Source of the DNA: Cenococcum geophilum | Lineage: Eukaryota | Length of the DNA: 64,000 nt | Direction of reading: 5' to 3' | Assembly (NCBI GenBank): GCA_050273025.1 | Contig: CP158636.1 | Coordinates: forward strand, 12,090,001 to 12,154,000 | Shown here: positions 23,301 through 37,137 of the stretch, in pieces | Layout of the letters: each line of letters opens with the position of its first letter | Position numbering within the stretch: the first letter of the stretch is position 1 | Position numbers and translations under genes: made by a program | Notes under the pieces: generated by a model | Seen by the model: the letters and a program-made list of their open reading frames with translations, nothing else | Told to the model about the DNA's origin: nothing | Databases searched by the model: none

Positions 23301-26300
23301 CTATAAAGGCTCTTACGTCCTTAACATTCTTGGGTTCTTACCAGTTTATAATTGCTTCGACTTTCTTTAGGTCCATTTATATACTATTTATAGAAATAAG
23401 GAGTCCAAGGTATAGGACTTCCGTTTTATGGAACTTATATTTATCTACATCTAATTATAGACTAGCTCTGTGCAGGGCTTATAGGACAAGGTTAACGTAT
23501 TTCCGATGTTCGGTCAGGTTATTACTGTATATTAAGATATTGTCGATATAAGCAGTATAGAAGATGTCTAGGTAGGGGCGCAGGGTATTGTTTATATAAT
23601 GTTGAAACGAGCTTAGAGCGTTTGCGAGGCCAAATAGCGTCACTAAGTATTTAAATAGTCTATACCGAGTACGAAATGCAGTAAGCTATTTATCTCCTTT
23701 TGCTATACGGAGGCGGTTAAATGCAGAGATAATATCAAGCTTCGTATAGTAGCAAGCCTTACTTAGTCGGTTTAGTGTCTCCTGTATTAACGGGATCGGA
23801 TATCAGTTCTTAATAGTGACGGTATTAAGAGCTCGGTAGTCTATATAGAAGCGCAGACCGCCGCCGGGTTTCTTAATAAAGATCACTAGTGTGGCTATAG
23901 GCAATAAGCTTACTCTAATGAATTCTTTGCTTAGGTTCTTATCTAAATACTTTTATAGTACTTGGAGTTTATTTTAGGACATCCCATATAAGGGTCTAAA
24001 TCCAGGCTACTTTCCTTCTTTAAGTATAATCTTATAGTCGTACGATCGGTATTCCGGTAGCTTATTGGCTTCCTTCCATAAAAATGCCTCTAGGCGGTTA
24101 TGGTACTCTACTGGTACCTTCGTAGCAGGGTTAGTGTGCTTCTTCGGTGCTAAGGCCTTCTTAATATCAGCTATAGTGACAGCAAAGATTGTATGTTCAG
24201 GTTTTTTAGCAAGTTGCGCTAACGGAGTAGCTCCAATTATGCGGATATCTAGGGTACTAAGCTCGCTCGGATTGTCCATAGTTTCTTATTTAGGTTTAGG
24301 TTCGGTATTAGGTACGGAGTTAGTATTAGATTTAGGTTCGGGTTCTTTAAGAATCCTTTTTATAGTTGGATACCAGTCTTTCTAATATCTTTGTGTAGTG
24401 AGCTTAAGCTTCTGCCTATCTTTAGGTAGTATAGTACTTAGGGCTAATTTATGGAGTTTAGTGGAATTCCTGGATCCTTAATAGATGTTGGTGGAAATCT
24501 TACGCTAGTAGAATTTGGTGGAATTCCTAGGTTGGTGGAATCTGGTGGATTCCTTAGGCGCGGGGTAGACATTAGTGGAAATCTTAGGCTGGTGGATCTT
24601 AGCGGATTCCCTAGATTTTAGTTTAGGGTTAAGGCGGTGCGTTATATAACACTTCTACTTATAACGGGAGGCGGTAAATAGAAGCTTAAGGTTATCCTAA
24701 TTAATAGTTACCTTATGTAGCTTTATCTAGGGTTGTTTAAGGATTACTAAGTGACTTAGGGTGGTAACGAAAAGCTTAATTAGTTCTTTATGGTTTAGGT
24801 ATCGGAGTCTTAGGGTTACCACGTAGGTAATACGGCCTAAGATGGTGCGTTTACCATTAAATCTAAATACGTTAATATGCTGGTTAAGGGGGGTTAGGGT
24901 AAAACCATTATCTTACGCAAAGATCTTATTAATAAATCCTATGCCGCTAGCTCCTATATTAATTAGGATTTAAGTATTAGCCTATTAACCATTCTACCAA
25001 AGATAACAATTAATGGTTATGCTATGGTCCTAAGAGTCAGAGTTCGTGACGTTAAATGCGTTTAACGAGATCCTATAGCAGAGCCGTCCTGGAGAGCGAC
25101 TTAGCTCTAGAACCTTCCTTTTAGAGGCGATTAGGGTGGGGTTCTTATAGGACGTCGGCTGTAGCTTCGTCCTCGTAAATGGTGCTTACTAGACATAGGG
25201 GTGGAACCAGATAAAGATCGGGGACGGTAACCGAAAGATTAATATGGTGAACGGCTGCCAGTACTAGCTATTCGTAAATTGTTTTAGGGCATAGGGACAG
25301 AGCAGTAGTTTAAGAGGTAGGAGCTACTTCTATATTTAAAGCAGAGGCCTAGCTTAATACGTTATTCTTATTTAAAGGACCCTAATAGGGCGTATCCTAG
25401 GGTCCCAGTATTAATATCCATGGCGTTAAGGTGCTTGGGTTAAGACGATAACTTAGTAGACATTTGTGGGGTTATTATGTTGTACCGATAAACGGGCTTT
25501 AGTGTGAGGCGTAGTATATCGTTGTACCGTTTGTTAATAACGTTTGCGTAAGCGTTAAGAGTTTCCAGAAGGTTTACGCCTATTAGGGAGGTTTTTAGTT
25601 TAGGGCTTAGGGATTTAACGAGGCTGTTAATTAGTGCGGAGTTATTCTAGCCTGTTTCCTTTACGTAGTGGTTGAATTCGGAGAAGTATACTAGGAAACT
25701 TTTCTTTTCTTAAGTTATTTGGTTTATCTTTCTTTAAGCGGTAGCTTAGCGGTTTGGGTTACCGTACGTGGCTTTAAGAAGTATGACTAGGCTTTATACT
25801 AAGTTTGGTTGGAGAGGTTTAACAAGGTTAGCTGCGTCTCCTCCTAGTTAACTTAGGGCGTAATAGAGTTAGTTAGCTTTGGTTAGGTAGCGGTTAGCAT
25901 TACCGGTTAGCTTATTCTTAAGCCGGCTTAAAAATAACTAAAGCTCTTGTCGTTTACCGGTGAATACTAGGGGGTTTGGTAGTTTTTCGGATTGTTTCGG
26001 TGCGGTAGTCGGCTCTATAGGGTAAGTAACTATTACTAATTCGGGGCTTGCGTTCCGCGTGTTTATCTCCGGAGATAGCGTTTAGTCTTAGGGCCTTAAT
26101 GTAGGCATCTTAAGGATGCGGACTTCTTCTTAAAGTGCTTTAATTAATTATTATTATCGTGCTTCTTGTTCGGCTTGCTATTAAGTTAAAGTGGCTTAGT
26201 GCTATACAAGGGCGTCTATAAAGGACTTCTGTATACCTGCTAATTATTTTTAGAGTGCGGCTATAATAGCGTTGGCCATTGCGGGGGCTTTAGGGTCGTT

Positions 26301-29300
26301 CTGTATTTTTAGAGGGTAGTATAAGTTTTTAACGCAATATAGTGTTATAGAGTGAGCATAAGCGGTAATAATATATAGCGAAGTAGGTATTATTAAGCTA
26401 TATACATAAACTGCGTAATAAAGTTAAGACGTTGCGTAAGGAAAGAAGGTAGGGAAACGAGAAGAAAGGGCATATATTGTTGACTTGGTTGCTTAGTTAA
26501 CACGTATATGGGCAAAATAGGGTTTAGGTTGTGGTCCTGGCAGAACTTAGTAGAATTTAGTGGAACTTGGCAGAATATGGCAGAATGCCGTAGATTGCCG
26601 TTAGATTGCCATTAGATTGCCGTTAGATTGCCATTTCGCGGTTAGTCTCTAATTGCTAAGTCGGTGGAAACAGGTGGACGTGTGCAAGGTGTTACAGGGG
26701 TGTCCCGTGACAAGTTGGCATAACTTTAACTTAGTTAAATAGCTTTAAGCAATACTCTTTTCTAGTTATTAAAGGAGCAGCTAAGGGTAACCCCACTTAC
26801 GTATAATAGGTATCTAATTATCTCCCTATATAAGTATATTCTTAAGGTTATTAAGCTTAACGCCTAGTTTATTTATATCTCTAATATAAAATAGAAACGG
26901 GGTATTTATAGGAATAACGTAAAAAGTAATATACCCTAAGGGGGTTTAAATCCTAATTATGCTAAAAGAGATTATAGTACCCTTACTAAAATAAATCGTG
27001 TATTGGCCTGCCGTTAAATAGTTAATCTAAATAGAGCTATTAAGCTGCTAAAGGGCTTAAATTTAAGGTTCTCCTACTATAAATACTCCTACGGCTCTAG
27101 TATCCGGCATAATACTATAGAAGACATTTACCAAGTATCTGTTATTAAAGAAAAACGTAAAGCTCTTCTTTAGCTCGTTAAAGATATCTAACTTTATAAT
27201 AGAATAGAGCGTAGATTAGTTATTAAGAATAGCAACGGTTTATATACTATTTACCTTACTATACTTAGTAAAGTATTAGTTAGATAAGTAGTCCTTAATT
27301 TCTATATCTATAAGGAGCTGTTTAATCTTATTAACCTTACCCTTAAGATCTTCTACGCCTTTATATTAAACTAGGAAGCTTTAAAAGTAGGCCATAGTAA
27401 CCTTATAATTTTTAATATTTCTTATACTTTAACGGAACTTATTATATACCTTCTTTCGCTTATTAAGGAAGTGTCTAGTTAACTAGTAATTTAACTTCTT
27501 ATAAACGTAGCACTTTTTTTAGTAATTACTTTAAAGTAAACCTCTATAAGGACCTCTATAATTACCTTATAGTTAATATTAATTATACCCTCTTCCATAT
27601 TCCCTACTACGGCCACTATATATTTAATTAGTCTAATTATAATCGTATTAGTTAGGGATACTTAGTTAAGTAGGGTTTTTAGTATATAACTATTAAAATT
27701 CTTATATTTATATCGCAGTACTTATAGTAGAGCGTAGTTTAGTATATACTCCTTTAAACGTATTTATAGGTTTATATAGCGCCAAATTATACTTAGGAAC
27801 GCTATAGTAGGCTAAGATAACCTAGTCCCTTAGACTGTTCTTATTTTAGTAAGTTTTAGTAAGGCTACATTAAATTTTCTAAAGTTTATTAAAAAGTAGT
27901 TAAAGGCACTCTAAATAAGTCTTTATTAGGTTAGAAGTAATAACTCTTTAAAATATAGTCTCCCGCTATTCGGATATATAAAGTTAGCAATTCTTATTAG
28001 TTTTAAAGTAGGCTCTAATAAGCTAAAGCATTATATTAAAGTTATAGTTTTTACCCATAATATAGTCGTAATAGAATATTATTACCTATCCCTTTAATAT
28101 AATGGAGAAAGCGTAGTAGTACTAGTAGCGTTAAATTTTAACCTTATTGCAACAGTTATAAAAGACCTATAGTTTTACTTTAAGTATATTATACAGTTTT
28201 TCTCTAAACTTCTTCTCTTCGTCTAAATATACCTTTATTAGATTTATAACTTCTTATAGTAAAGGCTTACTAGTTAGCTAGAGTAGAGGAGGTAGAGGTA
28301 AAGCAACTCTAAATAGGAGAGCACCTCTAGGTAGGAAAGTAGCTTTAGGTAGGGGGTTAGCGTTCTAGGGGTTTTAATATAAATTAAAGTTGCCTTCTAA
28401 AGAATATAGGTTGTTTTTAGGTTTCTATAGTTAATGTATAATCTTAGCTTCCGTCTATATTAGTTCTTCTATACTAGTAATAACGGCCTAAATATTACTA
28501 GTAATTGGGTTACTATTCTTAATAACGTATACCCTATTCCTATAAAAAAGTCTTAAAAATCCTAAATAATATTAACGTTGCCAAGTGCCCAGGTATCAGC
28601 AGTCTATCCTATAAAATCCTCCCTAAAATACTCCTATAGTTATAAATTGGCGTAGCATCTATTTTAGTAGAATATAATATAGTATAGGAGAAAGCCGTTA
28701 ACTTATTTTATAGTATAAGTTATTATATTAAAGGCGAATTCGTCCTAATCTTTATTAATAAGTTTCGCGTACTTAGCTACCCTTAGTAGTAAGAAGTCTT
28801 TCTAGTTATTTAAAGTAGGCGTAGCTATATTTTCGGAGGAAGGGAAGTATTATTAGTATAGGGATTGTTATTTAGTACGCGTTTGTAATATATATTTATT
28901 ATTTAGTACGTGTTTAGACGTGTATTTGCGATTATAGGGCTTAGGACTAGTTCTAGCCTTAAATCGCAAAGACTTGTAAAGCGTATTATTCTGCGTAATA
29001 AACGCAAGAATCTATAATTTTAGAAAGGCTTAGGACTAGTTCTAGCCTTTAAATCCTTAGATTTATAGAAGAGTTCTATTTAAGGTTTAGGACCAGTTCT
29101 AACCTTAAAAAACAGCTTCCTTTAGCACGAGTAGCACTAGTATAGTAGCTTATCTCTTCTTAGTGGAATACCTAGCTATTCTGTGGTATAACAGTAAAGT
29201 TAACTACTAATTAGTATTGGTCTTATAAGGGGATATCACGTAGCTACGGTTTGTAGATAGTATAATAATTGTTCTTCTATTTGAAGAAAGGGAGAGCGAG

Positions 29301-29409
29301 GAGCTTAAGGCTCCTCGCCACGCTAGTGCCGCGGCGACACGTAACGGTAACTTACTATACGTGACGGCAATATGCCTTATATGGTGACCACTTGCCTTTA
29401 TTCCTAACA
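17371..29409 (-). mobile_element. GalEa-like Copia element A, full length (LTRs 17371-17565 and 29215-29409), TSD ATAGT, interrupted by Gypsy F1
   Basis: 195-bp direct repeats TGTTGG...CTAACA, with ATAGT at 17366-17370 and 29410-29414. The - strand has gag, protease, integrase, RT and RNase H in Copia order. The RT core de-RIPs to MQTDD (~18911-18925). Confidence 0.93.
20743..26712 (-). mobile_element. Ty3/Gypsy chromovirus F, copy 1 (LTRs 20743-21112 and 26343-26712), TSD AGTTA/AGTTG
   Basis: 370-bp LTRs TGTCAC...GTGACA and a PPT (GTACCCCCCCTTT on +) next to the left LTR. The - strand has gag, protease, RT (YIDNILIY ~23527-23551), RNase H, integrase and chromodomain. Confidence 0.95.
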
Positions 29410-29574
29410 ATAGTCGCCAAGAGAATATTATACGTAGTAGAAACCTTTAGACTACTACCTATAAATTACTTTAGGGTAAGAAAGAAGCGCTCTACTAAAT
29501 AGGCGCTGCTACTACTATAAGAATATATCTATAACGCGTAGAGGGCTAAAAAGGTGCTTAGCCTTATTAGCTTT
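29410..29574 (+). mobile_element. Tad1-like LINE ORF2, piece 2 (RT)
   Basis: Continues piece 1 in frame: IVAKRILYVVETFRLLPINYFRVRKKRSTK*ALLLL*EYIYNA*RAKKVLSLISF. Confidence 0.9.
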
Positions 29575-32500
29575 TGTTCGTACTAATTTAATAGCACGAG
29601 TGAGTTATATCCCAGGGCACGAAATACGTATAGTATCGTATACTCTTTAGGATGGTGGTGACTATCAATTGTATAAAGCAGACTACGTGGTCTATATACT
29701 AATACACCTCCCCCCTAATTAGTTAGTGCTTTATAAGTGCACCAGACGCGTAAGCAAGTGGTTGGTGCACTAAACGCGTAAACGCGTACCTGGTGTACCG
29801 AACGCGTAAGCACGCGGTTAGTACAATAGGTGCTATAATTATATACTGGCGGTACTTGAAAAATGAAACCACCTGTGTACAGCCTCCGTAATTGCTTTAA
29901 TAAAACCATAAAATACAAAGGAAAATACATAGGAAATCTCCCCTAAGGTGCCTTCTGGGTTGCCTTCCAAATGGTGCTCCAAGCTGGCCGTAAGTCCTGC
30001 TTACGGTCCGTAAATGCACCATACGGCCTTCTAATGGGCCGTAACTAAACCGTAAATGCTCCGTTAGTCTCGCTCTACCCATTTTATGACCTTTAGGTTA
30101 AGCTTATTTATGTTAATTAGGGTTTTAAGAGCTTAACACAGCTTTGCCTTAGTTATAGCGTCTACTAGGTTGTCTCCGCTGCTAATCTATTTGACCTCCG
30201 TAATCTTACGTTGTTCGTAGGCCTAATATAAGCACATTAGGTCGACTATAAGCCTCTTCTCTTGTGTCGTACCTAGTTTAACTAGGCAGTCGTAAAGGGA
30301 CTTTAAATCGGTGTATAAAACTAGGGGTAACTACTCTAGTTATAGGATCTTCTAGACCGTTAATTTAATTGCGGCTGCTATATTAAAGCTATAAGCTAGT
30401 GCATATAGTTTAGAAGCTAGTATACTGCGGGTTACTCGTTTACACTTAATTGAAGACTAGTGCAGTATATTTGCATCCTAATTGCGGTCCGTAAGTATAA
30501 TTATAAAGCCAATTTATGATAATAGGTCTTTGTTATTAGCAAAGGAGGCGTCTATAAATGCTATTATACTAAGGGAATTTAGGTCTAGTGGTATAAAAGT
30601 AAGTCCTCTTATCGCGTTATCAATTTGCCATTAAATGCGCTTATTAAGCTGCTTAATATTTTCTTTTTACGGATCTACTGCCTGGGCCGTAAAGGACAGC
30701 TTGTAGGCAGATTTAGGTTAACAGACTATGGCAATATAGGCGCCTCTTACACGCTATGCAGCGTATTAGTCCTTCGTATTTACAGTTTTATGGGTCTCTC
30801 TGTGGGAACTAGTAAGGTCCGTAGGTTTTGCTATAATAGGCTTTAGGTTTTAAGCTTGGCGTTCCTAAGTTAGCTTAATTAGGTTGCCCTTTTATGTAAT
30901 TAGGCCTCTATTAAACTTAATTGGATTCTACTTAGTTAACTGCTCTTGCGGCTTTGCTAAGAACTTGGCCTTTTATAGTTTAGTTTCTTTAGTATCCGTA
31001 AAGGTCTAGTCTGCTAGGAATAGGGTATTATCTATTTAGAGTCTAACAATACTAAGGCCGTTTAATAGGCTATATAGGAGGCAGGGGTTGTAGGTTAACT
31101 GTTCCATTTTAAGTTTACTAACGTGGTGCTGGTAGTATATCTTAAACTAATAGTTTCCGGCTTCTGGTACTCCGTAAAGAGGTTTTACGACTTATAAAAT
31201 TGTTCCTGGTTATAGGTTAAGCTCGCGGGGTAGTTGTATAAAGATGTCCCTATTTAGGTAGGTATTAGACTGCACGTAGGCTTATAAGATGTCCCGTAAG
31301 TATAGGGCTATAGGCTTAGTTTGCTGTAGTCCAGGCGTAAGTGTAAGTATAATCCGTTAACTAACTCGTTAAATTATAGGCGATTGCGTAAGGACTAAGT
31401 CCTTTCCTTGGTTGTTATAGGCTTATACAATAAGCCTTAATTTTTTAAAAGCTTTATTAGTACTAGGGTGCTTAATTTCATTAATAAAGCGTAAGTTAAA
31501 TATATAGGCGCCTTACGGAACGTCTCTTTCTGTTATAACCGTAAAGATACCCTTTTTAAGTAGTCCGTTAATTTCTTTACGTTATAAGTCCGTAAATGGG
31601 GTTTCCTATATTAGAACTAATATATCCGCAGGCGGAGATTACCTTACGGATATTCCTGTGGAGGTTAGGTAATTCTCTATTATAGGGTTCTTAGTTATAG
31701 GGTGCTTTCGGGGGCGTCCTCAACCACGTTTTATGGCAGGTTTAGCGGGTTTAGTAGGTTTGTGGGGGACTTCTATAGCAGGCATAGGTGCTTCTAGTTT
31801 GTCTAAAGGTAGGGGTGCTTTTAGTCTATCTGGTTCGGCGGGTGCTTCCGGTTCGTTTAGTTTAACGGGTGTTTCTAGTTCGTCTGGCTTAACGTTATAG
31901 TTGTCTTCGGGCCAAAAGTAGGGTTTTACGGACGTGCTTCTAAAGCTAGTTAGCCCGCTAGGGAGTTATATATAGCACGTCTCGTTTTCTACGGCTAGTA
32001 GGCGATAAGGTCCATTTTAATTACCGCTTTTACGCTATATAAGGACTTCAGAGTTAAGCGGGAGGTCGTATACTAGGGTTGTATTAGGTCCGTTGCGGTA
32101 GTGCAGGGCGTTATTAACAGTTTGTTTAGCCCGTAGCTTGACTATCTCGGCCATTGCCTTCCATATTGCGGCTGCTCGTTCTATAATAGACGGGGTAGGA
32201 GGATCCAGTTTACTTATCCTTAGGTAGGCTCCGTAGACTAAGAGGGTAGGTACTAGTCTGTCCGGGCCAGTAGTGTTATTAACGGCTTTTACGGCCATCT
32301 ATAGAGCCAGTTCCTTTTAGATGTCCTTACATTCGTCCGTAATAATCTGGTAAGCTCTCCGTAAGGCTAGGTAAGCTTGCTTAACAAGCCCAACGGACTA
32401 ATGCGCCTTAACTAGAACGGCTTTTGTTAATATAGCCATGGCCGTAGCATACTGCTGGAATTCCTTACTAATAAAGTTCCTACCGGCGTTGTGGGTAATA

Positions 32501-35500
32501 TACTGCGGGGGTCTAACGTATGTATTAATCCAGCAGGTCCGTAAAATATCCCAGGTATACTTTACGGATATATTTTATAACTAATGGGCGGCTTAATAAC
32601 GGGTTGCCTTATTAATTATATATAGTACTAGGCTGCCGTTAATGTATATAATGTCTACGTATACTAAGTAGTTAAAGTTAAGATCCTTATAAAGGGTAAA
32701 CTTAAATTAGCCTAGAGAACGTCCGTATTTCTAGTAGTAGGAGCAGTATTTAGTTAGGTGGTTAATTGCCTTCCTATTAACGTCGTCGTGTTTAGAGCGT
32801 TTAAGGACTCTATACAGCTTTTCAGCTAATAGGTGGCCGAAACGGCGGTATAGGCGGTGGATTTCTATACTAGTAAGGTAGCACGGGTTATAGTTAAAAG
32901 ATTCCTAAATATACGTCCGTAAGGTCTCTCCTTATATAAGGAATGGGTGTCCGAATCGTCGTGTAATTAGTAGGGTAATATGCTTACTTCCTAGGGTAGT
33001 TACAGGGCCAATTAGGGTGTCCGTAACGTTATTGTAGTATACCTATAACCTATCTATATCCGCAAGGCAGAGTAGGAAAGGGGTGTCCGCTTTTACTACG
33101 TGGAAGTTAACTAGGCTAATTAGAGTCTTAACTACTACTAATTTAATTAATACAGTTGAGCCAATGCTAAATTGGACGGTTACGGCCCTAGTTTACGTAA
33201 TATCAATGTCCATATTATTATTTGTGGTGGTCCTATATATAAGGTATTATCTATAGCCTACGGTAGACTTCTTAGAGGCACCTATATCGATTATAACACC
33301 GTAGAATTCCTTAGGGGTATAGCGTTCTGTAGTAATATATGCAAATAGGTCCTGCTTATAATCTATAACGTCCGTAACGGGGGTACTTATAGAATGGTTT
33401 TTGGGCGCAACTAAGTATATAAAGGAATGGTCGGTTAATACGGTCGTAATATTAAAGGCTTAGCTGTCTATAAAAGGTCTAAAAGTAGTTAAGAATATCT
33501 CTAAGGTCTCTTATTCCTAAGCGTCTGAGTTAAAGTTAATTATAAGGGCTTCTATTAACTTATTAGGGGGCTCTTCTACTTCCTTTTCTTTATATTCTAA
33601 AATAAACTAGCTAATACGGCTATTAAGTCTCTTCCTAGACTTATTACGTTCTTCCTAGGTATGCCTTATAAACTAATATCCTTCCTTACCGCACACGAAG
33701 TACTTCTAGCTGGTCCGTCTACGGGGGTATATTTTTATACGGGAGTTGCTATAGGGGTTACGGGTGGGACTTAGTCGGTATAGGTGCTACTAGTAGTAGC
33801 GGCGGTCCGTAAAGTAGACGTCTAAGTCTGTTTACGGATATTAAATATCCGTAGTAAAGGCTTAAGTGCTGCCTAGTGGGTTTAAGACTTTATACATTAT
33901 AATAGAGGAGCGTAGATTATTAATAAGGCTAGTTAAGGTGTCTATAGGCTTATAATAGGCGTACTTATAGGGCTCTACTTCCTAGTAGGCCGTAATAAGT
34001 TTGTTATATAGGAAGTCGTCTATTTAAAGCTTAGTATTAAGGCCGTACTATAGGTGCCGGAGGTCTTTAATAAGAATTTGCAGGCACTCTATAGTCGATT
34101 TTTTAGTATTCTTATTAATTACGGTCCGTAGCTTAGTCGCATTCTATTAGGTAAGGATATTACGCTTATATTCCGGTCCTTTAAAGTAGTTATAGGTAGC
34201 TTTATATAGCTTATTAAAGGGAACACCAAGGGGGTTACTCTTAAGGTTGGTGTGGTAGTAGTTAAGTACTAGGCCGCGCAGTATAGTAGAGTAGGCTTAG
34301 CTGAACTCTTATTTAGGAATATCAGCCTTTTGGCAAAGGTCCATAAAGATGGTTAGTTTAAAGTTAAAATTATTATTTTCACCGCTGTACTTAAATTCGT
34401 CGGTATAGAGCTTAGCCAGGTTAGCTAGTTCCTTACTATAGGTCTTTACTTAGGTGCGTTACGGATCTGTAACTTGCGGATTTATAGCTTACAAATATAT
34501 AGCTTACGGATATATAGTTTGCGGATATATAGCTTGCGGATCTATAACTTAGGCAGGTTATGGATCTATAGCTTTATTAACAGAAGGGTTTTAGTCCGTA
34601 TTTTAGTTTACAGGGGTATTACGGTCCGTAACTTAGGTACTAGGTATACTTTAGCCCGCAAGATTAATTCCGAAATTGCTTGGGTTTATAAAACAAATTT
34701 GGTTAAGTAGGTTAGGTATAAGGCTAGTAATACTATTAAGTTTGGGAGAAGCAGAGAGATTATTCGTGGCTTTAACTTAGTCTAGGATTTTCTCTTTAGT
34801 CTATTCCGTTTGGTCCTCCTCCTATATTATGTTGTATAAGGACCGTACAACAGTAACTCGTTTATCTTTTTTAACCCATACACCTTAGTGATGTAAAAGG
34901 GTTCGTAGGTTACGGATAGCAGTAGGGTTATAAGTCTTAAGAATAGCTTCCGTAAAGTCCGCAAAGTCTTCCTTATATTACTCCTATAGGTCGTTGTTTA
35001 GAAGCTTATAGTGTCCGTATTTAAGGATTTTAAAATTAATATAGTTATTAACGTCGTCCGTAGACGTGAGGTTGACTCCTTAGCTCTACTTCTTTTAACC
35101 TTTACTGATTTGCTTACTTATATCTGCCATATTATGTAGCGTTGTATGTCTATATAAGCTGTAGCGGGTCGTAGTAGCTTATAGCGGGTGGAGGAGGTCT
35201 TGTAATGATCCGTAAAATTAATTAGCGGGTCTGTAACAGTTTAAGGGGTCTTATAGTGGTCCGTAAAGGCGATTAACGGGTCCGTAACGGTTTATAGAAG
35301 GGTAAGGGGTTTCCGTAAGGTCTGAAGAGGTTTAGGGTTTAAGGGGGTTAAGGATAGGGGGTTCCGTAAAGGTCTGTATTCGCATCTATAACTTCCGGTA
35401 AACCGTACTAAGACTTAAATAAGTATATAGAGTTGGTGATAGTCCGTAATCCCTAACTTTTGACCTTTCAGTAGGTCGTACTAGGAGTCTAAACGGGTGG

Positions 35501-35837
35501 TTGCTGTCGAGTATCGCTCGGGGGAGGTATTAAGTGATTGCTGATCTGTGCGCGCTTACTAATCAGTGTTTGTACTAATTTAATAGCATAAGTAAGTCAT
35601 ATCCCGGGGCACGAAATACGTATAGTATCGTATGCTCTTTGGGATGGTGGTGACTGTCGATTGTATAAAGCAGACTACGTAGTCTATATACTAATGCACC
35701 TCCCCCCTAATTAGTCAGTGCTTTATAAGTGCACCAGACGCGTAAGCGAGTGGTTGGTGCACTAAACGCGTAAACGCGTACCTAGTGTACCGAATGCGTA
35801 AGCACGCGGTTAGTACAACAGGTGCTGTAATTATACA
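29575..35837 (-). mobile_element. GalEa-like Copia element B, full length (LTRs 29575-29845 and 35567-35837), TSD GCTTT
   Basis: 271-bp direct repeats, with GCTTT at 29570-29574 and 35838-35842. The integrase end is MAVKAVNNTTGPDRLVPTLLVYGAY (ORF 32035-32298), and the RT core de-RIPs to GLQTDDTL (~31021-31045). Confidence 0.95.
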
Positions 35838-37137
35838 GCTTTAATATAAAAGGTATATATAATAGAGTATATAAAGAGAGGCTACTATACAGGCTTATAG
35901 CAAAAGGTATACCGCTAGTACTAGTGTAGTGGATTAATATATTTTGCTCTAATTATATAGCGACTATCTTAGTTAACGGCTATACCTTTAACTAGTAATA
36001 GTTACTATAAATAAAACTACCGTAAGGATCGCCACTCTTACCAATACTATTCTTCTTTTTTAACGCCAACTTAGTTTAGCACTGGCTTAATATAAATAAA
36101 GGCTTAATAGCGTTTATAGACGACTATAATATATAGGTTATAGGACTATTAACAGCAGTAAACTGCGAAGGTATTTAGGCTATTATTAATAGAGTAATAA
36201 ACTAGGAGAAATAAAGCGGCGCAACGTTTAAAGGTAAAAAGGCTATATTAGTGCACTTTATAAGAAACGCGGAGTGGACTAATACTACCCCATTTATAAT
36301 TAAAGGAAAAATAGTTATACTAGGGTATATAGCTAAGATTTTGAGGGTAGTTATAGAAGCGGAGCTTTAGTATAAGCAATATATTATAAAAGTAGCCACC
36401 AAGGGCCTTATCGCAGTTATAGCACTAAAGAGACTCTAGATGGTATCCCCTTTAACTATAAAATAGCTATTTAGGGCAACGGTAGCGCCAATAGTGAACT
36501 ACACCTTAAATATCTAGATGCACACCTATAGGGGTTCCGCTATAGCCGTATTAAATAAGGTACAAAGAATTAGAGTGTAGGCAATTATAGGAACTTTCTA
36601 TATAGTAGCTATAGTTATTAGAGAGGCCGAAGTAAGCATATAGTTAGTACGCAAGCGGCACTTAAAAAGGGCTACTAAACTATAGGTTAACCTCTATATA
36701 CTATATAAAACGAACCTACTCTTAAGGCTCTATATAAAGGTGCTTTAGAGGTTTACACCCCCACTATAAAAGATAGTATACTTACACTAATATACACCAA
36801 TAGATAAGATAGAGGTTATTTAACCCTATATAGTACCACTATAGGAGGACTAATTACCTATAAGTATTAACCTAAATAAAGATAGGGCAACTAAAGCCGC
36901 TAACTCTACCTAAGGTATATAGATCGCAACAAGCTTATTTAGAAGGAGAGGTATAGTAGGGATAGGAGGTATTGTTTATAATACCTTTAGCAATACGCCA
37001 ACTAGGGAAGTAGTTATATACTTAATTACGCTAGAACTAAAGCAGAATAGAACCTATATATAGCTAAACTAATAGTAATATTAATGGTAATAAGATACTT
37101 ACCGCTAGATTTATAGGGGAGATAGATTACTATATTT
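35838..37137 (+). mobile_element. Tad1-like LINE ORF2, piece 3 (RT core to RNase H)
   Basis: Resumes SFNIKGIYNRV (SFDVKGAYNGV); LP*GSPLLPILFFFFN; AFIDDY ~36110-36127; AKILRVVI; NLYIAKLI (NPYTAEL). Confidence 0.9.

Noticed and set aside
34474..34550. 15-bp repeat ORF (RIYSL)n as a novel peptide gene
   Set aside because: It is the antisense reading of a low-complexity repeat inside the gag region of Copia B.
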